Below are positions 20,609 through 29,597 of a stretch of 64,000 bases of DNA, in pieces (within the stretch, counting starts at the first letter, position 1; each line of letters starts with the position of its first letter). Position numbers and translations under genes: made by a program. This DNA is from Vulcanimicrobiota bacterium (GTDB lineage Bacteria; Vulcanimicrobiota; Vulcanimicrobiia; Vulcanimicrobiales; Vulcanimicrobiaceae). Under the pieces are notes generated by a model. It had not been told where the DNA came from. It ran no database searches and was given only the letters and a program-made list of their open reading frames with translations. Location: NCBI GenBank assembly GCA_963812155.1, contig CAWETW010000001.1, positions 768,001 to 832,000 on the forward strand. Reading direction: 5' to 3'.

Positions 20609-22952
20609 CTAGCGTTGTGGGGTGGCAAACCGGCACCCCACTTCGAACGTGCGTCCGGAGGCATAGTGGTCGCCCTGGGCATTCTGGTAGGTGATTCGGT
20701 AGCGATCGTTCAGAACGTTGTAGACGGAGAGCGTGAGTGCCGTTCCACCGCGCAACCCAATCCCCTTAACGAAGTCGAACGTCGTATGCGGCGGCACTTT
20801 GCACGAGAAGCTTGCCGGCATGCAGTAATCCGACGATAATCCCGAACCGTACTCGGCGTCGATCGCCAGCCAGCCTCCGCGACGGTCGTTGGCGAGCATA
20901 CCGCCGGTTGCGTCCCAGTTCTGGTCGTGATCGGCGGGCGTCCACCCGGCCGGCGCGCCGAAGCACGGCGCCAGCAACTGCGTTTCGCAGCCGGCATTGA
21001 CCGAGCGCACGTGCGTCAACGAAATATAGGCGCGTCCGCCCGCCGTCAACGGCATTTGGAAGTAGGCGCTCTGCACCGAAACGTTGCCGGCGGCGTAGTT
21101 GATGTCTTGGTGCAGGGCGGTGACGCCGACTTGCGTGTCGTCGATGAGGTCGACGGCGTCTTTCTGCATCAGACGGGCGCCGAGATCTCCGCGCCCGACC
21201 GGAAGATGACCGCCGATTTCGAAGACGCTGTCGCGCTGCGGTCGTAAGTCGAACGTCACCGGCGACGGTTGATCGGGAAGGTTCAACAGATGTGCGGCGC
21301 TCGGCGAGACGTTCTCCAAGGAAAACGGCGTAAAGAACCGGCCGAAGTACGCGTACGCCGAAGCCCGATTCCCCCACAGCCGCGTGAGCTTGATGCGCGG
21401 GCTCGTCTGTGCGAAGCCTTCCTGGAACTGCGTCGAGAAGATCGTGAAAAAGTCTTGGCGGATTCCGGCGTCGAGCAGCCAGATCGGCGACATCGCCCAC
21501 GAATCCTGAAGATACGCGCTGCTCGTGTGGCCGGCGTTGGGCGTGTCGTCGACGACGGCGATCGCCGCATCGGGATGCTCCGGCGTCAACACCGGAGCCA
21601 GGAAGTTGTGCGGCTGCAGGGTCACCGCATAGTTCTTGTCGACGAGCGTCACGTCGTAAGACGCGCCGTAACGGATGGTGTGCTTGCGGTCGTCGAGCAG
21701 ATCGTCGAAGTTCACGATCAGGTCGCGCGCCGTTCGGTCGGCATTGAGGCTGTAGGCGCAGGCCGCGACGCTGCCGTTGGAACAGTCGTCCGCGCGATCC
21801 GCCCGCGGCGACGTTGAGATTGTAGCCGTAGGTAAAATCGTTCGGTGCATCGCCGAAATCGCGAATGCGCGATTGCTTGTAACCGAGGCCGTAGCTGAAG
21901 GCGCCGCCGGACGCGAGCGCGTGGTGCACTTGCGCCGCCAGGAACGAATCGCTCTGGGTTTCGTTGTCGTCGGTGACGGCCGGCTCTCCGCCCGCGACGT
22001 CGTTGGGAATCTGGAAGGACTGATAGGAGTGGATGAGCGTGACGTTCGCATAGTCCTTACCGAAGGGAACCGCGTAGCGCAGGAACGCGTTCGTCTGCGA
22101 ACCGTCGTCGTGGACGGCGGTGAAATTGGGAGGGTCGAGGAAGCGATCGCCCTGCGACGCCGCCAGCGCCAGCGAGAGTTGCCCGCTTCCCGCGGGAGCG
22201 TGTACGTTCACGTACGACGTGTAGGCGGCGTACGATCCGGCTTGCGCGTATCCCGAAGCGCCGGCCGATCCGTTCCCGATGCGCGTATTGACGTTGATTA
22301 CGGCCGCAAAGCGCCCGCCGTATTGCGCCGGAAACGCGCCCTCCACGACATCCATGAATGCGATGTCGCTGGGGTCGATCTCGCTGCCGACCTCTCGGTT
22401 GAGTTCTTGAGGGACCGCAACGCCGTCGACGTAGTAGTTGATGTCGCCGTGATCGCCGTTGATGTGCACCACGCCGTTGGCGCCTCGCGCTGCCGCGGGA
22501 AGTTGTAGGAGCGTCTGCGGCAACGATCCCTGGTAGGGCATCCGGTCGAGCATCGTCTGATTGAGCGTCACGTCCGTACCCGAGCCCTTTACCGGCGGCC
22601 GGGAGACGTTCGCGGCCACGCGGCCGACGGTTGTCAGCAGTTCGATCGTCACCGAAGCGCCGCTCGCGGCCAGGTCCACGATCACGAAGCCCTCGCGATC
22701 CTTCGAGCGCGCCGTGAGCCGGTAACTGCCCGGCGGAAGACCGGTAAAGACGAACGCGCCGTGCACGTCGCCCTCTCGCCGCAGCCGCAAGCCGGCTCCT
22801 TCGAGTGTGATTTGAGCTCCGGAAACGGTCCGCCCGAAGCCGTCGACGACGCTTCCCGTGAGGGTCGCCCCTCCGGCGGCTCGCGCCCCGCCATCGAGCA
22901 AGGCGGCCAGAAGCAGGCACGTGAGCGAACATGCGAAACATTTGCAAATCAT
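20609..22952 (-). CDS. TonB-dependent receptor with carboxypeptidase-like N-domain; frameshift ~21795
   Basis: F.F.GL.PG.Y.L, HINGDH..INYYVDG, FPAQYGGR, YLQDSW, YNVLN..Y. Confidence 0.85.
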
Positions 22953-22962
22953 GATTTGCAAA
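22941..22962. promoter_or_regulatory. 22-bp perfect palindrome on the receptor start codon (candidate operator)
   Basis: TTTGCAAATCA|TGATTTGCAAA. Confidence 0.55.
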
Positions 22963-23019
22963 GCGTTCGCACATTACCCGGAGGACTCCCTCTGCCGGTC
23001 GCGGGATTTAGGACACCCC

Positions 23020-24057
23020 ATGTTCGATCTCGACCGCGGTACGATCGTCGTTACCGGCGGCGCCGGCCTGATTGGCAGCGCCGTCGTTTGGGCGCTTAAC
23101 CGCCGAGGGCTAGACGACGTCTTGGTCGTCGACCGGCTGGACCGTACCGAGAAGTGGCGTCATCTCGTCCCGCTCCGCTTCACCGACTACCTCGATGCCG
23201 ACGACTTCGAGCGCCGCATTGCCGAGGGCGATGATTTCGGGAGCATCGGCGCGGTCTTTCATTTGGGCGCCTGCTCGTCGACGACCGAAGACGACAGCGA
23301 TTATCTCATGCGCAACAACTATGAGTACACGCGCAACCTCGCGCATTGGGCGCTAGAATCGGCGGAGCGTTTCATCTACGCATCGTCGGCCGCAACCTAC
23401 GGCGCGCTCGAAGACGACCTCTCCGACGACGCGGAGCTGCGAACGCTGCGGCCGCTCAACATGTACGCCTACTCGAAGCACCTCTTCGACGTGTACGCCC
23501 GGCGCAGCGGGCTCGACCGGCAAATCTGCGGGCTCAAATATTTCAACGTCTTTGGGCCAAACGAAGACCACAAAGGCGACATGCGCAGCGTCGTTAGCAA
23601 GGCTTGCGAACAAATCCGCGACACCGGCAGCGTGAAACTCTTCAAAAGCTATCGTCCGGACTTTCGCGACGGCGAGCAACGCCGCGATTTCATCTACGTC
23701 AAGGACGCCGCCGAGATGACGCTGCATCTCGCGCAGTCCGGCGAGGGCGGTTTGTTCAACGTGGGCTCCGGCCGCGCGCAGACGTGGCTCGAACTCGTGC
23801 GCCCCATCTTCCGCGCGCTCGACCTGCCCGAGCGCATCGAGTTTATCGAGATGCCCGAGCGGCTGCGCGGAAAATACCAGTACTCCACCTGCGCGCGCAT
23901 GCAGCGCACGCACGCAACGGGCTATGCGCAAGCGGCGACGCCGCTGGGCGACGCGGTCGCCGATTACGTCGCAAACTATTTGGTTCCAGGCAAAGCGCTC
24001 GATCCGGCCGACCCGCCGGTCGCGCGCGAAACACTCGTCAACACTCCGTCTTTATAA
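23020..24057 (+). CDS. hldD: ADP-L-glycero-D-manno-heptose 6-epimerase
   Basis: VTGGAGLIGS, HLGACSSTTE, YASSAATYG, YAYSK, YFNVFGPNEDHKG. Confidence 0.93.
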   Translation: MFDLDRGTIVVTGGAGLIGSAVVWALNRRGLDDVLVVDRLDRTEKWRHLVPLRFTDYLDADDFERRIAEGDDFGSIGAVFHLGACSSTTEDDSDYLMRNNYEYTRNLAHWALESAERFIYASSAATYGALEDDLSDDAELRTLRPLNMYAYSKHLFDVYARRSGLDRQICGLKYFNVFGPNEDHKGDMRSVVSKACEQIRDTGSVKLFKSYRPDFRDGEQRRDFIYVKDAAEMTLHLAQSGEGGLFNVGSGRAQTWLELVRPIFRALDLPERIEFIEMPERLRGKYQYSTCARMQRTHATGYAQAATPLGDAVADYVANYLVPGKALDPADPPVARETLVNTPSL

Positions 24058-24066
24058 AGAGGTTCG

Positions 24067-24807
24067 ATGCCGACACCGCAACAGACTCGCGCCGAACGGC
24101 GCCGCCACGCCCGCGGGGGCAACGCTCCGCCGCCGCGCCGCGACCCCATGATGCCGATCTACATCGGCGTTGCGGTGTTGATCCTGTTGGTCATCGCGAT
24201 CTTCGGCGGCATGCGGTTCGAGCAATCGTTGGCGCTCAAAGCCGCCTATGCGACGCCGTCGCCCGGCCCCAATGCGAGTCAAAAACCGGTCGCGTTGATC
24301 GACGGTCAGGCGGTCGGGGCGTCGCACTTCACAACCGGCAACACTCCGCGCGGGGGCACCGGACAAAACGTCGACGGCATCACCTGTCTCTCAGAGGAGG
24401 GCCAGGCGCTGCACATTCACTCGCATCTGGCCCTGTACGATGACGGCAAGCAGATTCAAGTCCCGCGGTTGATCGGATTTTCGGCGAGTCAGGCGCTGCC
24501 GGGCGGCGGATGCCTCTATTGGCTACACACGCACGACACGAGCGGCATCATTCACGTGGAAACGCCCGACGTGCAGGCGCCGGGTGGCGGGCCGTATACG
24601 CTGGGCATGCTGTTCGACATCTGGGGTCAGCCGCTCGCGCGTGACGGCATCGCCGGTTTGCGCGGACCGGTCACCGCCTACGTCAACGGCGCGCGGTACG
24701 ATGGCGATCTCAAGGCGATTCCGCTCTTGTCGCATCAGCAGATTACCCTCGAGGTCGGTACGCCCGTGGTTCCGCCTGCGAACTACGCGTTTCCGCCGAA
24801 CGACTGA
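24067..24807 (+). CDS. Membrane-anchored hypothetical protein with His-cluster motifs
   Basis: One TM; C..., HIHSHL, CLYWLHTHD..GIIHVE. Confidence 0.75.
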   Translation: MPTPQQTRAERRRHARGGNAPPPRRDPMMPIYIGVAVLILLVIAIFGGMRFEQSLALKAAYATPSPGPNASQKPVALIDGQAVGASHFTTGNTPRGGTGQNVDGITCLSEEGQALHIHSHLALYDDGKQIQVPRLIGFSASQALPGGGCLYWLHTHDTSGIIHVETPDVQAPGGGPYTLGMLFDIWGQPLARDGIAGLRGPVTAYVNGARYDGDLKAIPLLSHQQITLEVGTPVVPPANYAFPPND

Positions 24808-24809
24808 TT

Positions 24810-25379
24810 CTAGCGCAGCACCTTTTTCAACGCGCCGTCGAGCTCGGCGTACGACAGCTCGCCGGAACCGAGATACGATACGACCTTGTTTTTTCCGACG
24901 ATCGCGATCGTCGGAAAGCCGCCTTGCAGGTAACTGTTGGCGACGCCGAGCGAGGCATCGTATGCAACGGGATACCGCACGTTAAACCGCTGCACCCACA
25001 TGAGAAGGTCGGCTTGCGACGCGGGCGAGGTACCGTCGATCGCCGTGTCGCTGCCGGAGACGCCGAGAAAATCGACCTGCGCGCGATGTTTTTGATAGAG
25101 GCGGTCGATGACGGCGGTCTCGCGCTGGCAATGCGGACACCAGGTCGCAAAGACCTCGAGAAACAGCGGCTTCTCGGAGTTCTTTAACACGAAGAGTCCG
25201 TTCGTGGTCGAAACGCTGAAGTCTGGGGCAGGCTGCCCGACTTGCGCTTTGCCCAACACCGGCGCCTGCGACGCCGAGGTGAGCGGGTGGGACGGTCGCA
25301 ACGAATACCAGGCGATCGCCCCAACGGCGATAACCGCGATGACGACGATCGAGAGCACCGCAAGTCCGCGTTGGTTCAT
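24810..25379 (-). CDS. TlpA/ResA-type thiol-disulfide redoxin
   Basis: ATWCPHC, N-terminal TM, FPT. Confidence 0.88.
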   Translation of the reverse strand: MNQRGLAVLSIVVIAVIAVGAIAWYSLRPSHPLTSASQAPVLGKAQVGQPAPDFSVSTTNGLFVLKNSEKPLFLEVFATWCPHCQRETAVIDRLYQKHRAQVDFLGVSGSDTAIDGTSPASQADLLMWVQRFNVRYPVAYDASLGVANSYLQGGFPTIAIVGKNKVVSYLGSGELSYAELDGALKKVLR

Positions 25380-25813
25380 GAAGTTCGAAATCTCCGGTCG
25401 ACGGCGAGCGCACCCGGCGCACGGTAGGCAATAAATGCGCTCGCAAGAGCGAGTAAGAGGTCGAATGCCGCGTGCGGCCAGTCTGCCACGGCTATGTCGC
25501 CCGGGCCGAAGCACCCGCAGTCGGCGTGGATGTGACGCATCACCGCCGACGCAACGACGGCTGCATACACGAGGAATTGCACGCAGGCAATCGTTGCTGC
25601 GAGGCGCGTGAAGACGCCGATAACGAGATAGAGTCCGAGCATGAGTTCGAAAAATGGCAGACCCAGGGCCAACGGTCCCACGACGGCCGCGGGAAGCAGA
25701 CGAAACCCCGCGATCGCCGCCGCGAGCGCAGGCGCGTGACCAACCTTGAGGGCGCCGGCGACCATGAGTAATACGCCGATCACCAGGCGGCAGGCGAAAA
25801 CGGCAGCGTTCAC
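25376..25813 (-). CDS. MauE/DoxX family membrane protein
   Basis: AG.LK, LP..EL.LG, DCGCFG. Confidence 0.85.
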   Translation of the reverse strand: MNAAVFACRLVIGVLLMVAGALKVGHAPALAAAIAGFRLLPAAVVGPLALGLPFFELMLGLYLVIGVFTRLAATIACVQFLVYAAVVASAVMRHIHADCGCFGPGDIAVADWPHAAFDLLLALASAFIAYRAPGALAVDRRFRTS

Positions 25814-25894
25814 GGCGCCTTTCGTTGCGCCGAACCGGGAGCGGCGACCTCTTTCAGAGCGCATCCGCGCCACTCGGGCGTACTATGAGAGAGC

Positions 25895-26455
25895 ATGGAT
25901 CTCCGCATCCGCAACCTCTCCCGGCTGGCGGCGGCCGCCATCGCCGCGATTCTGGCCGCTTGCGCGGCGCCGGGGCCGCGTGCGCCGGGCTTCACGCTGA
26001 CCGACGATAGCGGCCGCCCCTGGGCGCTCGACGGGCAGCGCGGCAATCCCGTCGTGCTGACGTTCGGCTTCACGCACTGCGCTGATACCTGTCCCGAGAC
26101 GCTCGCGAAACTGGCGCGGCTGCGCCGAACGCTGGGAGCCGGCGCCGGCAACGTTCGCATCGCGATGGTCAGCGTCGATCCGCGTCGCGACACGCCGGCC
26201 GTGCTGCACCGCTTCGTCGGGCAGTTCGACGGGCCGGTCGTCGGACTGACCGGCGCGCCGGCCGACGTTGCGACGGTGGAATCCGCCTACCACGTGTGGG
26301 CGCAACGGGTGCCGGGACGCGCTCGCCGCGCCGGCACGTACGACGTCGTCCACTCCGCCATCATCTACTTCATCGATCCGCGCGGAACGATACGCGACAT
26401 CAGCGACGACGGCGCGTCCGATGCGACGTTGGCGCACGCCATGACGCGGCTGTAG
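25895..26455 (+). CDS. SCO family copper chaperone (lipoprotein)
   Basis: LAAC lipobox, FGFTHCADTCP, SVDP.RDTP, VVHS. Confidence 0.9.
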   Translation: MDLRIRNLSRLAAAAIAAILAACAAPGPRAPGFTLTDDSGRPWALDGQRGNPVVLTFGFTHCADTCPETLAKLARLRRTLGAGAGNVRIAMVSVDPRRDTPAVLHRFVGQFDGPVVGLTGAPADVATVESAYHVWAQRVPGRARRAGTYDVVHSAIIYFIDPRGTIRDISDDGASDATLAHAMTRL

Positions 26456-27411
26456 TGGGCGCCCTTCATCTCGTGCTCGCGGCGCTGTTGACCGCCGTTC
26501 CGGTGCACGGCACGACCCTGGCCAGGCTTGCCGGCGGCATCGCGATCGTGCGCACCGACGCGGTGCCGATGATGCTCCCTGCGCAGATTCGGCGCTACCG
26601 CGTCGCGCCTGCGGCCGCCGCGGCGCCCGGCATCGAAGTCGACGCGCTCCTCGACCGGTCGACCCAACCGTGGACTCTGCGCAAAGCCGTCGCCGCGGGA
26701 CCCTTCGTTCCCGGTTTGCCCGAACCGGGACGCGTCATTCCGATCGAACTCGGGAGCCCGCTTCCAAAGGCGACGCTCGTGAATCAAGACGGCCGCATCG
26801 TCGAACTCGACCGCGCATTTGCCGGCAAGACGACGCTCGTCGCATTCGTCTTCACGCGCTGTCCCGACCGGACGCTCTGTCCCGCTATCAGCGGAAAGTT
26901 TGCCTACTTGCAGTCGCGATTGGATCCGCGCCGTTTCGCATTGGTCGAGATCACGCTCGATCCACCCTACGATTCACCGGCGGTGCTGCGCCGTTACGGC
27001 GCCGCCTACGGCGCGAATCCGGCGATCTGGTCGCTGCTCACGGGAACCGGAACGAGCATCAAGCGCGTGCTCGACGAGTTCCGCATCAGTTCGTTGCGAA
27101 TCTCCACCAGCAACTTCTTGCACGACGACAAGCTCTTCATCGTCACCTCCCAAGGGCGCATCGGATACGTCGCACAGACGGCGGCATGGGACCCGCAGGC
27201 GGCGCTCGCGGAGGCACGCTCGATCGCCGGGTTGTCGAGCAATCCCTTCGAGCGCTTCAAACTCTCTCTCATTGCGAGCGTCGTCGCGCTGTGCGGCGGC
27301 AGTCAGTTCGCGGGCATCGTGCTGCTCGAACTCGCCCTATTCGCCATCATCGTGCTGCTCGTCGGCGGCGCGCTTTGGTGGGTGGCGCGCATCCTCTGGG
27401 CTAAGCCGTAA
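26455..27411 (+). CDS. SCO family protein with extra N-domain and C-terminal TM
   Basis: FVFTRCPDRTLCP, ITLDP.YDSP.VL..Y, FLHD. Confidence 0.85.
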   Translation: MGALHLVLAALLTAVPVHGTTLARLAGGIAIVRTDAVPMMLPAQIRRYRVAPAAAAAPGIEVDALLDRSTQPWTLRKAVAAGPFVPGLPEPGRVIPIELGSPLPKATLVNQDGRIVELDRAFAGKTTLVAFVFTRCPDRTLCPAISGKFAYLQSRLDPRRFALVEITLDPPYDSPAVLRRYGAAYGANPAIWSLLTGTGTSIKRVLDEFRISSLRISTSNFLHDDKLFIVTSQGRIGYVAQTAAWDPQAALAEARSIAGLSSNPFERFKLSLIASVVALCGGSQFAGIVLLELALFAIIVLLVGGALWWVARILWAKP

Positions 27412-27457
27412 CGGGAAGGGCCGCTCGCCTAGGTAGCGATAAGAAGCAGGGAGGCTC

Positions 27458-28027
27458 ATGGCAGCACCCCGCAAGCCGGTCGAACCCGGAACTCCCGAGC
27501 AGGCCGAATTCTTGGAGCGTGCCGTCGAGCAGTACGGCAAGGCCGCGTACAACTACGCCTTGCGCCTCACGAGCAACGACGCCGACGCCCGCGACTTGAC
27601 TCAAGAGGCGTTCCTCCGCGTCTACCGCGCGTGGCGAAGCTTTAAGCCCGGGACGTCCTTCCTTTCGTGGATTTATCGCATCGTCACTAATTTGCATCGC
27701 GACGAACTTCGGCGCCAAAAAGGACGTTATCTGGTAGAGATTCCGGAGGACAACGAGCCGAGAGGCTCCGGCGCCGACCGCCAGCTGGCCGAGAATCCGA
27801 TCGACGACCTCGTCGAAGGATATCTCAGCGAACCGGTTTCGCAGGCGCTGGGCGCGCTCTCTTCGGAGCAACGCCAGATCGTCGTACTGGCCGATATCGA
27901 GGAGTGCAGTTATGCGGAGATTGCGGGAATCGTTGGTTGTTCGGTCGGCACGGTCCGCTCGCGGCTTCACCGCGCGCGCGGCCAACTTCGTAAACTCGTC
28001 ACCCGGAACGTGAAACCGTCGCTATGA
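27458..28027 (+). CDS. ECF sigma-70 factor
   Basis: DA.DLTQEAFLR, SWIYRI..N, SY.EIA.IVG.SVGTVRSRLHRAR. Confidence 0.93.
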   Translation: MAAPRKPVEPGTPEQAEFLERAVEQYGKAAYNYALRLTSNDADARDLTQEAFLRVYRAWRSFKPGTSFLSWIYRIVTNLHRDELRRQKGRYLVEIPEDNEPRGSGADRQLAENPIDDLVEGYLSEPVSQALGALSSEQRQIVVLADIEECSYAEIAGIVGCSVGTVRSRLHRARGQLRKLVTRNVKPSL

Positions 28028-28503
28028 ATACCTCACACCTTTCTCCCGATCGCCTCGTCGACTACACGCGCGGAGAGCTCTCCGAGCGCGAGGACGCCGA
28101 CGTCCACGCTCACCTCGCAGAATGCAACGACTGCGCGCGCGCGCACGAGTCGGAGCGGCGCTTAGTCGATTTGCTCAAGGCGCACGGCCGAGCCGAGGAG
28201 CGCGAACTTCCGCCGGGCCTTACAACGGCGATTCGCGCGCGCGCGGCAGACGATCGCGCCTACCGTCCGCGCTGGTCGTGGCACCGGTTGCCGGCGTCGT
28301 TCGGCGCGTTCGCGGCCGCCGGCATCGCCGCCGTCCTTGCGGTCGCGTTTATTCTCTCCTTTACCATTCCTCGTTCGGCGCCGAGCAACGGCGCCGTCGA
28401 CGCGTCTGCCTACATGGCCAATCACGCCGCGCTTGCGAGCACGATGCCGTTCGAGGACGGCACGAACGCGCCGGTAATGCTGACCTCCGACGAGGGCCGA
28501 TGA
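28024..28503 (+). CDS. Zinc-binding anti-sigma factor (zf-HC2) with TM
   Basis: HLAECNDC (HxxxCxxC), one TM. Confidence 0.88.
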   Translation: MNTSHLSPDRLVDYTRGELSEREDADVHAHLAECNDCARAHESERRLVDLLKAHGRAEERELPPGLTTAIRARAADDRAYRPRWSWHRLPASFGAFAAAGIAAVLAVAFILSFTIPRSAPSNGAVDASAYMANHAALASTMPFEDGTNAPVMLTSDEGR

Positions 28504-29525
28504 CGCGGCTGAAGATTGCTGCAGCCGTCGCGGCAATGGCGGCGAGCCTTTCGCTGGCGAGTGCGGCTCCGTCCGAGGAGCCCGCCGACGGTTTGGTCTT
28601 CGATGCGATGACGGCGCCTCAGAACGTGTCGTACGCCGGGACCGTCGAAGTCGTCAGCATCGGGAATCAAACCTCGCAGGTGTGGGTCTACCGCATCGAA
28701 CACCGCGCGCCGGATCTCACCGAACGCACGTACTTGTCGCCGCCGCGTCTGCACGGCGACGAAATCGTCACGCGCGGAGGTCAGAGCGACTTCGTCGACG
28801 TGCGCAAGCATCGCGTCGTCGCCACGCAAAACGCGGCCGCCGGCGACCAAATCGCGCGCGACGACAACTATCTCCTGATGCGCGCCAACTACCGGGCCGT
28901 CAAGCGGACCGTCGAAGCGTTCGACGGACGCCTCGTGCACGACGTCGCGCTCGTCAACAAATATACGAACCGCGTGACGATGCTCGTTCGCGTCGACGAT
29001 CGGACGAAGCTCGTGCTCGATAAACAGGAGTTCGCGGCCGACGGTTCGCTGGTCAGCGAGATGCGCTTCGAAGAAGTCCGCATCGCGCCGAGCCTTCCGG
29101 ACGCCGATTTCGACCTTCCCCACGGATACGCCACGGTGAAGGAGCCGGCGTTCGCAGTGCCCTCGAAGGATGTCGCCGGCGTCGTCCGCAGCGCCGGATT
29201 CGCTGCGCGCGTGCCGTCGTTTCTTCCCGACGGTTTCTCGTCGGTCGACGGCCATGTCGTGGAAATGAAGCACGTCCCTACGCTGCACGTCCTGTTCTCC
29301 GACGGCATCCGCACCGTCTCGCTCTTCGAAAGCGCCGGCGATGCATCGCTCGACATGCAGTCGCTGCATCCGCGCTCGCTTTCGCTGGGGGGCCGGCAGG
29401 CGCGTTACGCGGAGCAGGGCCCCGACGCGCTGCTCGCCTGGAGCGACGGATCGCTGCATTTCGCGCTGCTCGGCAATCTGTCGCTCGAAGAACTCAAACG
29501 TATCGCTGCGTCCCTCGAACCGTAA
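28500..29525 (+). CDS. MucB/RseB-like periplasmic sigma regulator
   Basis: Signal; LolA-like N-half; LPDGF, FSDG..TVSLF. Confidence 0.8.
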   Translation: MTRLKIAAAVAAMAASLSLASAAPSEEPADGLVFDAMTAPQNVSYAGTVEVVSIGNQTSQVWVYRIEHRAPDLTERTYLSPPRLHGDEIVTRGGQSDFVDVRKHRVVATQNAAAGDQIARDDNYLLMRANYRAVKRTVEAFDGRLVHDVALVNKYTNRVTMLVRVDDRTKLVLDKQEFAADGSLVSEMRFEEVRIAPSLPDADFDLPHGYATVKEPAFAVPSKDVAGVVRSAGFAARVPSFLPDGFSSVDGHVVEMKHVPTLHVLFSDGIRTVSLFESAGDASLDMQSLHPRSLSLGGRQARYAEQGPDALLAWSDGSLHFALLGNLSLEELKRIAASLEP

Positions 29526-29546
29526 AACCCACCCAAATACAAATAA

Positions 29547-29576
29547 AGAGGCCTCCGCAATGCGGAGGCCTCTCTT
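29547..29576. terminator. Bidirectional intrinsic terminator
   Basis: AGAGGCCTCCGC-AAT-GCGGAGGCCTCT between convergent genes. Confidence 0.85.
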
Positions 29577-29597
29577 CGTTCTACGGACGTTGGTTGA

